Positions 29,045 to 40,000 of a stretch of 64,000 bases of DNA are shown here, one piece after another. Source of the stretch: a bacterium (GTDB lineage Bacteria; Hydrothermota; UBA3073; JACQXS01; JAQTXJ01); NCBI GenBank assembly GCA_041649255.1, contig JBAZNK010000002.1, positions 778 to 64,777 on the forward strand. The letters are read 5' to 3'. The notes under the pieces were generated by a model. The model did no database searches, had not been told where the DNA came from, and was given only the letters and a program-made list of their open reading frames with translations. The first letter of the stretch is position 1. Every line of letters begins with the position of its first letter. A program made the translations under genes and the position numbers.

Positions 29045-30191
29045 GTGTTTCAAAAAAGGGGATAAGGCGTTGGATGTATTAAAACTCAAACACAATCTTG
29101 AGTTTGATAAGCACAACAAACATACTGCATTGATTGAAACTTATAAAGTTTATTTTTATCCGAATAAAACCCTAATGATGATTGAAGGATTAAATAAAAA
29201 AGGCAAGATGATATTTCTTAAAAATTGCTCTACTGCTTCATCTTTTGGAGATGATAATAGCGTTTATATCTATCGGAAACGAAATAAAACAGACAAGAAA
29301 GTCCCCGATAAAGATTATAACTTTATTGTATGCAATAAAAGCGGACAGGTTATAGAACATGAATACTGTGGTGGATCTAAGAGTACTTACAAATATGACG
29401 CCAATAATCGTTTAATAGAAGAGGTCTCCGATGGCTCAGTTATCTGGAAATACAAATATGATAAAAAAGGCAGGAAAATATCGGAAACAAAATATGATGA
29501 CGATAACTCTATAAGGAATATCAGAAAGTATTATTACGATGATACAGACAGACTGTTGAAAAGAAAGCTTTCGGAAAAAATACTTTCCGGAGAATATCTA
29601 GATTCTTATTCTTTGTTTCATTACGATAAACATTCTAACCTTATTAAAGAGGAAAATTTTGACTGGAATAAAAAGGTATGCAAAGACTGGAATGAGTATA
29701 AATATTCTAAAGATGGGAAGCTGGTAGAAAAACGAGATTGTTGTATAGCAAAATCTAAAACAAGAGAAAGAGAAAAAATTAAATATTTTTATGAAAACAA
29801 ACTGCTTAAAGAGGAAATCGTGTATCTTGAAGAACAACCGGGATTATCTGATACAAGCGCTATAAAGAGTAGATTATATTCAAAGACCTGTTACACCTAT
29901 GATTCTCATGACAGGCTGATTAAGAAAGAAATATTTCAAGCTGATGGGAAATTAGACCATCGTTATATATGGGAATATGACAACAAGAAAGTTGTTATGG
30001 ATAAAAAAGCGTTAGCAACTCTTTCATATTTTCAAAACGAAGGATATAAAGTATTAATTAATAATAACAGAGTATTAAAGGAAAAGGAAAAAATGTTTGC
30101 CCCTACCCTCCTTAACGATTGTCATTGGGAATTTATAACTACTTACGAATATGATAAGTATGGCAGGCTTGCTAAGGTCACTATGCGTTGA
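29025..30191 (+). CDS. YD/RHS-repeat-like protein (388 aa)
   Basis: Degenerate YD repeats (YKYDANNRLIEE, KYKYDKKGRKISE, YYYDDTDRLLKRK, YTYDSHDRLIKKE, YEYDKYGRLAKV). The start is chosen at the ATG preceded by the strong RBS aaaaggagggaaaaATG rather than the upstream in-frame ATG at 28902. Confidence 0.5.
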   Translation: MKEMTVKCFKKGDKALDVLKLKHNLEFDKHNKHTALIETYKVYFYPNKTLMMIEGLNKKGKMIFLKNCSTASSFGDDNSVYIYRKRNKTDKKVPDKDYNFIVCNKSGQVIEHEYCGGSKSTYKYDANNRLIEEVSDGSVIWKYKYDKKGRKISETKYDDDNSIRNIRKYYYDDTDRLLKRKLSEKILSGEYLDSYSLFHYDKHSNLIKEENFDWNKKVCKDWNEYKYSKDGKLVEKRDCCIAKSKTREREKIKYFYENKLLKEEIVYLEEQPGLSDTSAIKSRLYSKTCYTYDSHDRLIKKEIFQADGKLDHRYIWEYDNKKVVMDKKALATLSYFQNEGYKVLINNNRVLKEKEKMFAPTLLNDCHWEFITTYEYDKYGRLAKVTMR

Positions 30192-30870
30192 GAGATATAA
30201 TACACCAAACAGTTAATAATAGTCAATAACACTAAATTAAAATAAAACTTACAAAAAAACGATTGATTATATGCGCGAACAAGTAGACAACGGATATGAA
30301 ACCCTCTATAAACAGGAACGCATGGAATTTCTCTTCGGGTAATTCAGAGAAGATATTTGCTATATTTTATCAACTGGTTACTATAAAGATGTTGTTCGTA
30401 CTTGCCGGTTACGGTATCGTCAAGTTTTTAAAGAGAGACAAAGAACTTGAGCCAGAATTAGGAATTAGATAGATTTGGGCGTATCGTTTAAAACGTCTCC
30501 CAAGAGACTCGGAAAAGCCAGACTTACCAAAATTCTCTTCACGGAGGCCATCCACAACATCCCCCTGCGTCCCATAAACTCTTTTTTAAGCACTTTTCCC
30601 AATGTATGCCTTTTTGCTTCTATACGCCCCAAATCGCTTAAAAAGGTCATTTAGGACACCCCTTAAAAAATACTCTACCCTGTGTCCTGCAATTTTTTTA
30701 GTCAAGTATAAGGAAGGGGCTAATTATGGTTCTTGTTTGAAAAAGTGTTCCGTTTTGGGAAAACAAATATTAGATTAGAGGGTAAACAAATTTTATTCTT
30801 TAAAATATTAAAGGTAAGTTTGTGATTACATAGGGAAAGATTAAAGCCTGAGAAATTGGGATTTAATACG

Positions 30871-30983
30871 CTTATTGAAGTAGAAATAAACACTGGTAAA
30901 CACTAGGAAGAATACTAGGGAGTAAACGTATAAAAGCGGTTAAATCAGGTAGAAAAATGGATTATTAAGTGTTTTCTCATTGG
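30871..30983. repeat. Repeat A2 (paralog of A1)
   Basis: See A1. Confidence 0.8.
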
Positions 30984-31489
30984 TAGCGCTGGTAATACTT
31001 ACAATAACGACTGCTAGGCTTTGCTGGATTTTGAAAAATCCTTCAGCAATTCCTAGCTATTTGGTAAATTGCTGGAATTGTTAGAATGAAAATAGGGGAT
31101 AGATTACTAATTTCTTGTCGAAGTTTTCAACATTCTCGATTAAATACCTAGTTTCCTTTGAGGTGAGGCGAGTTTAGTCGGTGGAGTTAGTTTAGTCCAA
31201 CAGAGCTGGATAGCAACCCCCAAGGACTATCGTCCAAGAGTTTGTTATAAGTTGAGTTAGTTAAGTTGGTTTCCACTAAAAAAGGCGGCCATGAAAAGAA
31301 GTGGCCAGTAGAAAGTCCTGCGAGCAGGATAGAAATCCCTCCAGTAAAAGACTCTAGACAAACAATCCTTAATTAACATAAGGGCTTGTAAGTAATCGCT
31401 AAAGCTTCAAAGGCTTCCTATAGATAGACATAAAAGAGGGATTAAATAGCGCACAAAATCACTTTTTTCTTATTTTTCCATTGTTAGCG

Positions 31490-31578
31490 TTGACAATGTT
31501 TCTAGCAAGGATTGACAAGTTTTGACAAAATCCATCAAAAACCTCTGTCAATTTTTGTCAATTTGACAAATTGACAAA
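31490..31578. promoter_or_regulatory. Iteron array 2: 7 copies of heptamer TTGACA(A/G) (5 direct, 2 inverted), in the same relative arrangement as array 1
   Basis: ttgacaa, ttgacaa, ttgacaa, (ctgtcaa), (ttgtcaa), ttgacaa, ttgacaa. Confidence 0.75.
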
Positions 31579-31585
31579 ATGAAAA

Positions 31586-31790
31586 TAGGGGGCGGGTTAC
31601 TAATTTTTTGCCGAAGTTTTCAATCTTTCCGAGCAAATACCTTATTACAACCCCTTGGAATTTTCCCCTTAGGGGGTTGTTTAATTAGAGTTTGCGACGT
31701 AGGAGCATTTCCGCCTCAGGCGGACTAAGTTATCCAGCTCGCAGGATATCTATTTTTTCAGGTTATGGGAGAAATCACTTTTTCTTGACT
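31586..31790. repeat. Repeat B2 (paralog of B1)
   Basis: See B1. Confidence 0.75.
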
Positions 31791-31825
31791 TTATAAAATA
31801 ATCCCTGTATACAATAAAAAACTTT

Positions 31826-33034
31826 ATGGAAGAACCTAGAGAAGAACAAATCCATCTGGAAATCTTAGAGTTAAAAGAAAACCACCCCGAATTATTCTCG
31901 CAGGAAGTCTTTAATTCGTTAATCAAAGAAATATCTATCAAAGAATCAAGCATTAAAGCATATATTACCCTTTTTTTCGGATTCATATATGTCTATAATG
32001 ACAAAAATAAACTTTCTAAAGAAAAACAGGATTTGAGAACGGAAGATATATGGCGAATTTTTAAGCTTTTTGTATCGTTGAATAAATCAGAACAATATTG
32101 TGAGCTTTCCAGAACTATTCTTTTCGAAGAGAAAGATAAATTACATCCCGGGGTACAAAGTCATTGCATTAGAGCAGCAAACCTTTTTCATAAAATAAAC
32201 TCTGTAAATATTGACGGGATTGGAGTTATAGAGTGTTTATTTGAAGGAAGCGTTAAAGAAATGTTAGAAAAATCCCGTTCCCATGAAAAAGCCAAAAAAT
32301 TCTTTTATGAATTATGTTATCAAGAAATTCTACATTATAAAATGCTTAAATTCCAGTTGATAAAATGTTTTAAGAATGACTTTTTGTACAAAATAGGAAA
32401 AGATGAGATAGAAAACATTTTAGTTCAGCTATTTTTAGGCGGAAGCGAAGAAGTAAAAATAAAAGAGCCTATTGTAGGACAAGAAAAAGGAAAGCTTAAA
32501 CTGGAAAGATACGAATGGCATAATGTTACAAAAACTCACAGGGACGCTGCAGAAAACATCTTATCTTCTTATAAGGAATTCGTAAAAGAAATTATAAAAA
32601 CTTATCGTTATATCAGTTTAGAAAGTAGAAAAATACCGATTAAAGATAAAAACATCTATGGAGGTAGACCGGCATCTGGAATGTCTTTTAAAAAATCATT
32701 ATATGATCTCGTAGAGTTATTAAAGTCATTAAAAACAGGAAAAGTATACGAAAGTGTATTGTTATGTCTTATATTTTATGGCACAGATTCATTTGAAGAA
32801 TTTAGGAATGATACTATGGATGCTGAAACTCTAATAAAGCAAATTGAGAATAATACGGGAGAATATAGCCTAGATGCTAAAGGAAAGAATATTTTTGACA
32901 ACCAAGATGAACCTGTCCGTAGCTATTTCTGGACTTGTAGAGAAACGATACGAAAAAAAGTAACTGAATATAGAAAATTTGTTAGAGAAACGCCCTTGCC
33001 CCAAAAAGAGAATTTAACAATTAACATCCCTTAA
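31826..33034 (+). CDS. Hypothetical protein (402 aa), first gene downstream of module 2; candidate iteron-binding/regulatory or replication-type protein (speculative)
   Basis: Long alpha-helical ORF immediately after the B2 element. No recognisable motifs. Confidence 0.55.
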   Translation: MEEPREEQIHLEILELKENHPELFSQEVFNSLIKEISIKESSIKAYITLFFGFIYVYNDKNKLSKEKQDLRTEDIWRIFKLFVSLNKSEQYCELSRTILFEEKDKLHPGVQSHCIRAANLFHKINSVNIDGIGVIECLFEGSVKEMLEKSRSHEKAKKFFYELCYQEILHYKMLKFQLIKCFKNDFLYKIGKDEIENILVQLFLGGSEEVKIKEPIVGQEKGKLKLERYEWHNVTKTHRDAAENILSSYKEFVKEIIKTYRYISLESRKIPIKDKNIYGGRPASGMSFKKSLYDLVELLKSLKTGKVYESVLLCLIFYGTDSFEEFRNDTMDAETLIKQIENNTGEYSLDAKGKNIFDNQDEPVRSYFWTCRETIRKKVTEYRKFVRETPLPQKENLTINIP

Positions 33035-33264
33035 ACTCTAAAACCCTTTGTAGTTCTAACTATTTAACCAAATTTTTCAACCTTAATCCCATTCCAGTGG
33101 GAAGGTATTAACAACAAAACTACCTCAATAACTTCCCATGGGATACTATTACCCCTAAAACTAGCTTAATAATCGGGCTTTGCCAAATCAATAAAAATGT
33201 AGTATAATATACTATAAAATTAAAATGTTACTATTGAATTGGTTTCATAACAGTCGAGGGACTA

Positions 33265-33525
33265 TTGAATAAACAAAAAAAGGTGAATAAAGGGAAAAAA
33301 CAGAAAGTTAAACAGAATAAGACAAAGGGAAATCAAATAAGTTACAAAAGTTCCAACTTAATTTCAGCAAAGAAACATAAAAATAATACCAGTTTGTGTA
33401 ATTTATCTCTGGGAAGCGTTAAGTTCGAGACAGATGACTTTACCCCAAGTACTTTAAATATACTTGCAAGATTTATAAAGGATTGTAGTAATAAAAATCA
33501 TTCTGATGGGCAAAATACAAAGTAG
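33265..33525 (+). CDS. Small Lys-rich basic protein (86 aa), possible DNA-binding/recombination directionality factor (speculative)
   Basis: Highly basic N-terminus (KQKKVNKGKKQKVKQNKTKGN). Located directly upstream of the recombinase. Confidence 0.3.
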   Translation: MNKQKKVNKGKKQKVKQNKTKGNQISYKSSNLISAKKHKNNTSLCNLSLGSVKFETDDFTPSTLNILARFIKDCSNKNHSDGQNTK

Positions 33526-33547
33526 TAAAAAAGTGAGTATGATTTTC

Positions 33548-33576
33548 TTGACAATAAAAATTTATCATCGTAATAT
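33548..33576 (+). promoter_or_regulatory. Sigma70-like promoter candidate (TTGACA-17-TAATAT) upstream of the serine recombinase
   Basis: ttgaca 33548-33553, 17-nt spacer, taatat 33571-33576. ATG at 33593. Confidence 0.45.
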
Positions 33577-33592
33577 AACAAATTATTAAAAC

Positions 33593-35260
33593 ATGGAAAA
33601 CAAAGAATTAATAAGAGCTAGTATTTATGTCAGGGTCAGTACTGAACTCCAAGAAAGAGAGGGCTGTTCACTTGGTGAGCAAGAGAGAAGATGTAGAGCG
33701 TACTGTGAAAGTAAGGGATGGGTACTTTACAAGGTTTATAAAGACTCGGACTCCGGTCGGAATATTAACCGTAAGAAATTACAGGAGCTGATACAAGATG
33801 CAGGATTAGGATTTTTTAACGTAGTAGTTGTTTTCAAACTCGATAGGATGAGCCGTAATGTTAAAAATATGCATCATATAATAGAAGAGTTTGATAAAAG
33901 AGAAGTGAATTTTGTATCTATCACTGAGTCCCTTGATACGAGTAGTTCTGTCGGAAGACTTACCTTTAATATGTTATCTTCCATTGCTGAGTTTGAGTCT
34001 GATGCCATAGGAGAACGGGCTTATATGGGAATGCTTGGCAAGGCGGGAAAATGTAATTATAATGGCGGAACTATTTCTGATGGATATAAAGTAGAGAATA
34101 AAAGGTTAACAATTGATGAAACCAGAACTCCAATTATACGGCAAATTTTTGAATTATATTGCCAAGGCCATCCTGAAACTAAACAAGAAATGAGCACCAG
34201 CACTATAGCTAAGTGGCTCAATGAAAAGAACTACCATACAAATCAGCACACTACAAAGGCAGGCAAACTTATTGGAGGAAAAAAATGGGGAAGTGAAACA
34301 GTAAGAATAATTTTGTCTAACCCTGTATATTATGGTGTTTATACGTGGAATAAATATCGTATTAAACGTAAAGATGGTAAAGTAATTAGCCAACAAAGAG
34401 ATAGGAAAAATTGGGTATATATAGAAAATGCCCATGAACCTATTGTTTCAAAGGAAATATTTTTGGCTGCACAAGAAAAGCTTAAAGTGAAAAGGAAAGC
34501 CAGCGATAAAGAGTGTCAAGAAAACTATTTATTTAATGGATTATTACATTTTTCTCCCTGCGGAATAAAATTAGAGGGCTGGAAGAAAACAAGAGCAATA
34601 GAAGAAAAAGATGAAATAAAAACTTATGAAGATAAATACTACCGTTGCAATCCTTCCGGTTGGCGAAGGATAAGAGGTTTAAAAAGCGATGAACCACTTA
34701 CTCCGCATTGTGAAGATTGCAGGCTTAAATATGTGAGAAAAGAGGTGATTGAACCTTTTCTTATAGAACAAGTTAAGAATCTTCAGGGAAGACTACCAGA
34801 GATTAGGGAGTTAGTGGAAAAGCTGAAAGTATGTAAAGATACTGAAACAGAAGATTTAGATAATAAAGAGCAAAATTTTATAAGGGAAAAACGTATACTT
34901 GAAAATGAGAAACAGAGGCTATTTGACCTACTAAAGAAAGAGAATATTGCATTAGATAAATTTAGCCAACAGATAAAAGAAATTGCTGAGAGAGAAAAAA
35001 AAGCAGAAGATGAACTTTTTCTTGTTTCTGTTCAAAAGGCACAGTTATCTTATACTGAACAGGATGCTTCAGTGGCGGAGGAGCTTATACTCCAGTTTAG
35101 AGATTATTTGACTTGGGCTACTGATACGGAGAAAAAGCCACTTGTTCAAGCATTAGTAAAAAGAGTAGATATCGAGTCAAATGGTAAAGTAAATATAACG
35201 TTCAGACTTCCTCTTCAGAATAGGGAAGTCAGTAGTTCTGTTGTAACGATGGCGACGTAG
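33593..35260 (+). CDS. Large serine recombinase (resolvase/invertase N-terminal catalytic domain + recombinase domain + zinc ribbon + coiled coil)
   Basis: Catalytic-Ser motif RASIYVRVSTELQ, then FKLDRMSRN, a Cys cluster (CGIKLEG…CEDCRLKY) and a long coiled-coil C-terminus. Its TAG stop lies inside the tRNA-Met gene. Confidence 0.85.
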   Translation: MENKELIRASIYVRVSTELQEREGCSLGEQERRCRAYCESKGWVLYKVYKDSDSGRNINRKKLQELIQDAGLGFFNVVVVFKLDRMSRNVKNMHHIIEEFDKREVNFVSITESLDTSSSVGRLTFNMLSSIAEFESDAIGERAYMGMLGKAGKCNYNGGTISDGYKVENKRLTIDETRTPIIRQIFELYCQGHPETKQEMSTSTIAKWLNEKNYHTNQHTTKAGKLIGGKKWGSETVRIILSNPVYYGVYTWNKYRIKRKDGKVISQQRDRKNWVYIENAHEPIVSKEIFLAAQEKLKVKRKASDKECQENYLFNGLLHFSPCGIKLEGWKKTRAIEEKDEIKTYEDKYYRCNPSGWRRIRGLKSDEPLTPHCEDCRLKYVRKEVIEPFLIEQVKNLQGRLPEIRELVEKLKVCKDTETEDLDNKEQNFIREKRILENEKQRLFDLLKKENIALDKFSQQIKEIAEREKKAEDELFLVSVQKAQLSYTEQDASVAEELILQFRDYLTWATDTEKKPLVQALVKRVDIESNGKVNITFRLPLQNREVSSSVVTMAT

Positions 35261-35324
35261 CTCAGTTGGTCAGAGCAGAGGAATCATAATCCTTGTGTCG
35301 GGGGTCCGAATCCCTCCGTCGCCA
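35251..35324 (+). tRNA. tRNA-Met (anticodon CAU; elongator-type or tRNA-Ile2 lysidine type)
   Basis: Cloverleaf: acceptor GGCGACG/CGTCGCC, D-arm gctc-agttggtca-gagc, anticodon stem gagga/tcctt with loop aTCATAa, T-arm ggggg-tccgaat-ccctc, discriminator A. CCA is not encoded. Confidence 0.8.
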
Positions 35325-35479
35325 TAAAAAAATAAATAACCCCGCTAGCATGGTTTAAACTCCGAAAAAATACTTACCCAACAGACTTATAGAAAACACT
35401 TATAGTCAAACTGGGAGATAGGTAGAAGCATAAAGTTAAGAACTTAAAGAGAACAAAAAAATAAGATGTTTGTTTGAAA

Positions 35480-36562
35480 TTAATTATTTTCTATCATCGT
35501 TACGCCTAATCCAGATTTATCAGTTACCTTATTTTCACCGTTTTCGGTAAAAACTCCTCCATCGACTACATCTTTTCGTAGCATTAGATGTCCGTCAAGG
35601 TCTGCATATTTGATGTTTTTTGTGGCAAGTGCTAAATGTGTTGCAGCCGCGATGCCAATTCTTGTCTCGACCATACAACCTATCATACAGGGGATACCTG
35701 CACTTTCTGCGATTGCTGCAATTTTTGCTCCTGCTTTTATTCCACCAGCTTTCATTAATTTTATATTGAATAAATCACAAGCTTCTTCACGGATTAAATT
35801 TATTGCATCATAAATAGAATGTATGCTTTCATCTGCCATAACGGGGATATCAGTGTTATTTTTTACGAATTTTAATCCTTTGATATCCCAATAAGCAACG
35901 GGTTGTTCGACAAATTCAATTTCATATTTTTCAAGTTTTCTTAAAACTTTTATTGCGGTGCGTGGATCGTATCCCTGGTTAGCATCAACTCTTATAGCCA
36001 GTTTATAACCAAGTTCTTCACGGAGTAATCTTATTTTTTCTATATCTTCCTCCGGATCCAGACCGATTTTTATTTTTATTACTTTTGCTCCGTTTGTGAC
36101 AAAGCTTTTCCCTTCTTCTATAGTTTCCGATATAGATTTGATACCTATAGTAATGGAAGTTGTTATAGATTCTCTGAATCCACCAAGTATGGTTTTCAAT
36201 GGCATACCAAGATATTTGCCGAGTATATCGTGCAACGCAATATCAACTGCACATTTTACACTTGGATTAAATATAATTCTTGCATTGACTTTATCCATTA
36301 GTTTTGCTATAAACAAAGGATTTTCGTCCATAATCTGTGGTATTATATCAGTTTGCATTATACTAATTGAAGCTCCTACTGTTTCACCTGTAATTCTGTG
36401 TGAAGGGGATATTTCTCCAATGCCGGTTAAACCGTTATCAGTTTCTATTTCTACAACTACACCTTCATATTCAACGTCTTCTCCAAGGGCAATCTTAAAT
36501 GGAACTTTTAGTGGTAAAAGTATAGGTTTTACGTTTACTTTCGTGATTTTCATTTTATTCAA
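35480..36562 (-). CDS. Enolase-superfamily dipeptide epimerase (L-Ala-D/L-Glu epimerase / mandelate racemase family)
   Basis: KIKIGLDPEEDIEKIRLLREELGYKLAIRVDANQGY, VEQP, MADESI metal/catalytic motifs. Confidence 0.8.
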   Translation of the reverse strand: MNKMKITKVNVKPILLPLKVPFKIALGEDVEYEGVVVEIETDNGLTGIGEISPSHRITGETVGASISIMQTDIIPQIMDENPLFIAKLMDKVNARIIFNPSVKCAVDIALHDILGKYLGMPLKTILGGFRESITTSITIGIKSISETIEEGKSFVTNGAKVIKIKIGLDPEEDIEKIRLLREELGYKLAIRVDANQGYDPRTAIKVLRKLEKYEIEFVEQPVAYWDIKGLKFVKNNTDIPVMADESIHSIYDAINLIREEACDLFNIKLMKAGGIKAGAKIAAIAESAGIPCMIGCMVETRIGIAAATHLALATKNIKYADLDGHLMLRKDVVDGGVFTENGENKVTDKSGLGVTMIENN

Positions 36563-36579
36563 CCTCCTGATAGGGGAAA

Positions 36580-36984
36580 TTATTTATTTGTAAGTTTATT
36601 TTTTAACCACTCTACTGCTTTTTCTCCGTGATATAAATTTTTTAATTCTTCATCTATATTTGAAGTTCTAACGATTATTATCCAACCGCTGGCATAAGGT
36701 TCTTTATTTATAATATTAAGGTTATCTTCTAATTCCTGATTTACTGTAATAACCGTACCGGAAACAGGAGCTATGAGTTTATCAAATTGAATTCTACCGC
36801 ATGGGTCTCCCTGTATTAGTTCATCGTTTTCAAAGGGGAAATCAAGATAAGTTATTTTTCCTGCTAATTTTTGATAAAAGTCGGTTACGCCTATCCGTAC
36901 ATTTTCTCCCTGTAGTTTTACCCATGTTCCATTTTCGTGATAGTAAAGATTATCAGGTAAATTATATCCTTCTATTATTGCCAT
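36580..36984 (-). CDS. gcvH: Glycine cleavage system H protein
   Basis: IAPVSGTVITVNQELEDNLNIINKEPYASGWII matches the conserved GcvH C-terminal region, with the lipoyl-Lys region (QFDKL) upstream. Confidence 0.7.
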   Translation of the reverse strand: MAIIEGYNLPDNLYYHENGTWVKLQGENVRIGVTDFYQKLAGKITYLDFPFENDELIQGDPCGRIQFDKLIAPVSGTVITVNQELEDNLNIINKEPYASGWIIIVRTSNIDEELKNLYHGEKAVEWLKNKLTNK

Positions 36985-37060
36985 TTTTTTATGGAGTTTT
37001 ATACTTAATAATAACTAAAAAGTCAAGGGAAAATTCTCACTTTCATAAATATACTTGATA

Positions 37061-40000
37061 TTATCGTATAATTATTAATTTATTTCTATATTTAACCTCA
37101 TTTTCATCCTGAGATTGAGTTTCTTCTGCCTTAGATATAAAATGTATAAAATAGACTCCTGTAGACACTTTATTCCCGTGCGAGTTGGTTCCATCCCATA
37201 ATGTACTGTGTAATCCCGGCAGTACTCCTTTAAATGCGAATTTTTTTGTGATTCTTCCACTTATGTCATAAATTACGATTTTTACTTCAGATGTTTTCGG
37301 CACGGAATATAGTATAAAAGCTTTGTTTTTTGTTGGGTTTGGCATACAGGGATATAATTTATAGCTCAAAGGTGTATTTTTCTCTTTATCCTCTATGCTG
37401 GTAATTATTTCTGCCATATCACTATTGTATTTAAGGTCTGAGATACTATCTCCTCCAATAATGGCAAATGATATTGTTGTGTCTTTACCTGCATCCAGAT
37501 TAAAAGGTCCTGTCGAAGCCAGTATGCCCCAATCATCTGTTGTGTCAAGAACGGTAGAAGTTAAAGCCCCATTAAGAAATTTAATTTTAATGCTATCTTG
37601 AATAAACCATCCCGGGTATACATAAGTTTTACTGTTGATTGCGCTGAGGTTTGCAGGGTTTAGAGGACTGATAAGTTTTATGCCGACACATCTGGAGTTT
37701 ATTTTGGCATATTGATATATTAAATGTTTTGAAGAATCTATGCCGACTTTGTCTTTCAGTGAGTTTAATGTGTCTACATCAAACTCCATATATTGTCCTG
37801 CATATAAGTTATTTATCGGGGATGTTCCGGTGTTTGTTATTTTATATTTCATAATTACGAAGTCATTGTAAGGTTGGGTAGACCAAGCTGAAGATAATTG
37901 GTTTACGGTTATATTTTTTGGAGCAGGATGATTTGCATCATTATAAATAGCAATCCCGTCCTGATTGGAGAATTTATTTCCTCCCATTCTTAGTTTTCCA
38001 TCCGGGGTTGAGGTTTCTTTCCAATCGCCGGTTCCTTCCGCATTAAAATCTTTATTTACTACATAATTTGAAGCGTTCCCGACCCATAATGAACCTATCC
38101 ATAAGAGATTGCTACTGTTATGTGGGTATTTGAAGCCGGTGCCTTCGCCGTTTTGTTTTGTGAATCCGCATACACCATTACAAGTAACGGTAAATTGGAG
38201 GTTCCCTACGTCGTGGTCAGCGTACATTAATCCGGGAAGACCAACTTTCACAACAATCGTGTCTGAATTTGAATACTGAATTAGTCCATTCCATCCTATT
38301 ATTTGTATTTCAAATATTATGCTATCGCCAATATTAATACTGGGAGTTGTATTGACCTTAAAGGGTATTCCGTTTCTAGTTTCGGTATGAGGTATTTCGC
38401 CGAAGGTTGACTGTGAATCTATAATTGCTGTATAGGGGCTGGTTGTTCTTAAAACTGCTCTTACAGAATCTAGATTACCGGTTCCCGTATTTTTGACACG
38501 GGGCGTAATTTTTGCTTCTTCGTCGGGGTCCAAATATCCGTTAGGAGTATTGCCCTCGGAGTCATTAAGTTGATAGGACTGGTAAATTGGTTTTGGTCTA
38601 GCAACTTGAATGTTTAAACTATCATACCAGATATTAGCCGAATCATCGGTAATTTTTATACGAATTTTTATGATATGCATATCAGGGGTATTAGGTGAAA
38701 TTGAGATTTTATATGTCCCTGAGTTTGTACAGCTGTCTTTTGATAAAATGTTGCCATAACTTTGAGTTGTATCTGATATACCGGAAACAAGGGTGTCATT
38801 TGTTGTAATTGTTCCGCTAACGCCTGATGCGGTTATAGTTCCAGGGTTCCATAATGTAAGGTATAAATCTATTGTTTCTCCCGGATTAACAGTACTGTCT
38901 GCATTTCCTATGTTGTCTGTAATGTCATGATTTTTATAACTAACATAAGGCCCCTGTCCCACCACAGTAGATGTCCCTTCGTAAGGATAAAAATTATGTG
39001 CAGTTGCAGTTACATAGATATTCCCGGGGACTGCAGGTGAAATATTAAATACTGCATTTCCTGCCGAATTTGTATATCCTGTTTTATAGATTTCAGTTCC
39101 TTTCATCAGGCATACTAATGTACTTTCCTTAGGACTGCTATTGTGCGAACAATACACATTAAAGTTTTGTGAGCCTGTTCCGATATTAGATAGATAGTTA
39201 ACAGTGAGGCTTTCCGGGGCTTCTGTCCAGACTGGTAATTCCGGGTCTCCGAATAATGTTAATTCATAAATAGAATATCTCCAAAGAGTATCTGTTTGAG
39301 CTATACCACAGTATGGATTTTTAGAAAGTGTGTGAGCAATACCTAGATGATAAGCTCCCGAGTTAAATAATTGGTTATAAAATTCAAGGTCCAGTAATTC
39401 GGCGTAACCCATATAAGGTGGTGTTCCCCAACCATATCTTGTATTCATCACGGAAGCTACTCCACCGCCGTTAGGGCTGTTTACTATATGCTCTGCAAGG
39501 CAATCATAATTATAATCACTAGTGTTAATTTCATCCACTGCTCCCGTAAAACAGGAAATTGCATTGTGAATACCGAATTTATTAGTATTGTTAAGAATAT
39601 CCACAAAGGGAATTGAAAAGCTTTGACCTGCTACCATTATTACGGGTGCGCCTCCATGTGCTGCATAATGTACAAGTCCAAATCCAGCATTGACAGAATC
39701 AACAACTGCATCCCGTGATAAGTTGCCATTTTTGTAATATAATTTGCCTTCTGACCAGCCTGATGGAGTAATGGATATTATTGAGTCACTAACTATATCT
39801 CCATTATAATTTTTTGACGGCCATAATTCTGCACCTACGAGTAATATTTTTTTTGCATATCCTTTCAGTGAATTTTTTTCATAAGCAAGGATTTTATCTA
39901 CAAATATTTTTGCCTGATTTATGTCTTTTGCGGGAGCTCTGCCGACATATACATCCGAATAAAGGTCTATACTGTCGTCCATTTCTCCGTATATGCCATT

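Noticed and set aside
31490-31578. Interpretation of the TTGACAA repeats as stacked sigma70 -35 boxes
   Set aside because: Seven copies in both orientations have no matching -10 elements at 17-bp spacing. The paralogous array uses TTGAACN, which is not a -35 consensus. An iteron or operator array is the better explanation.
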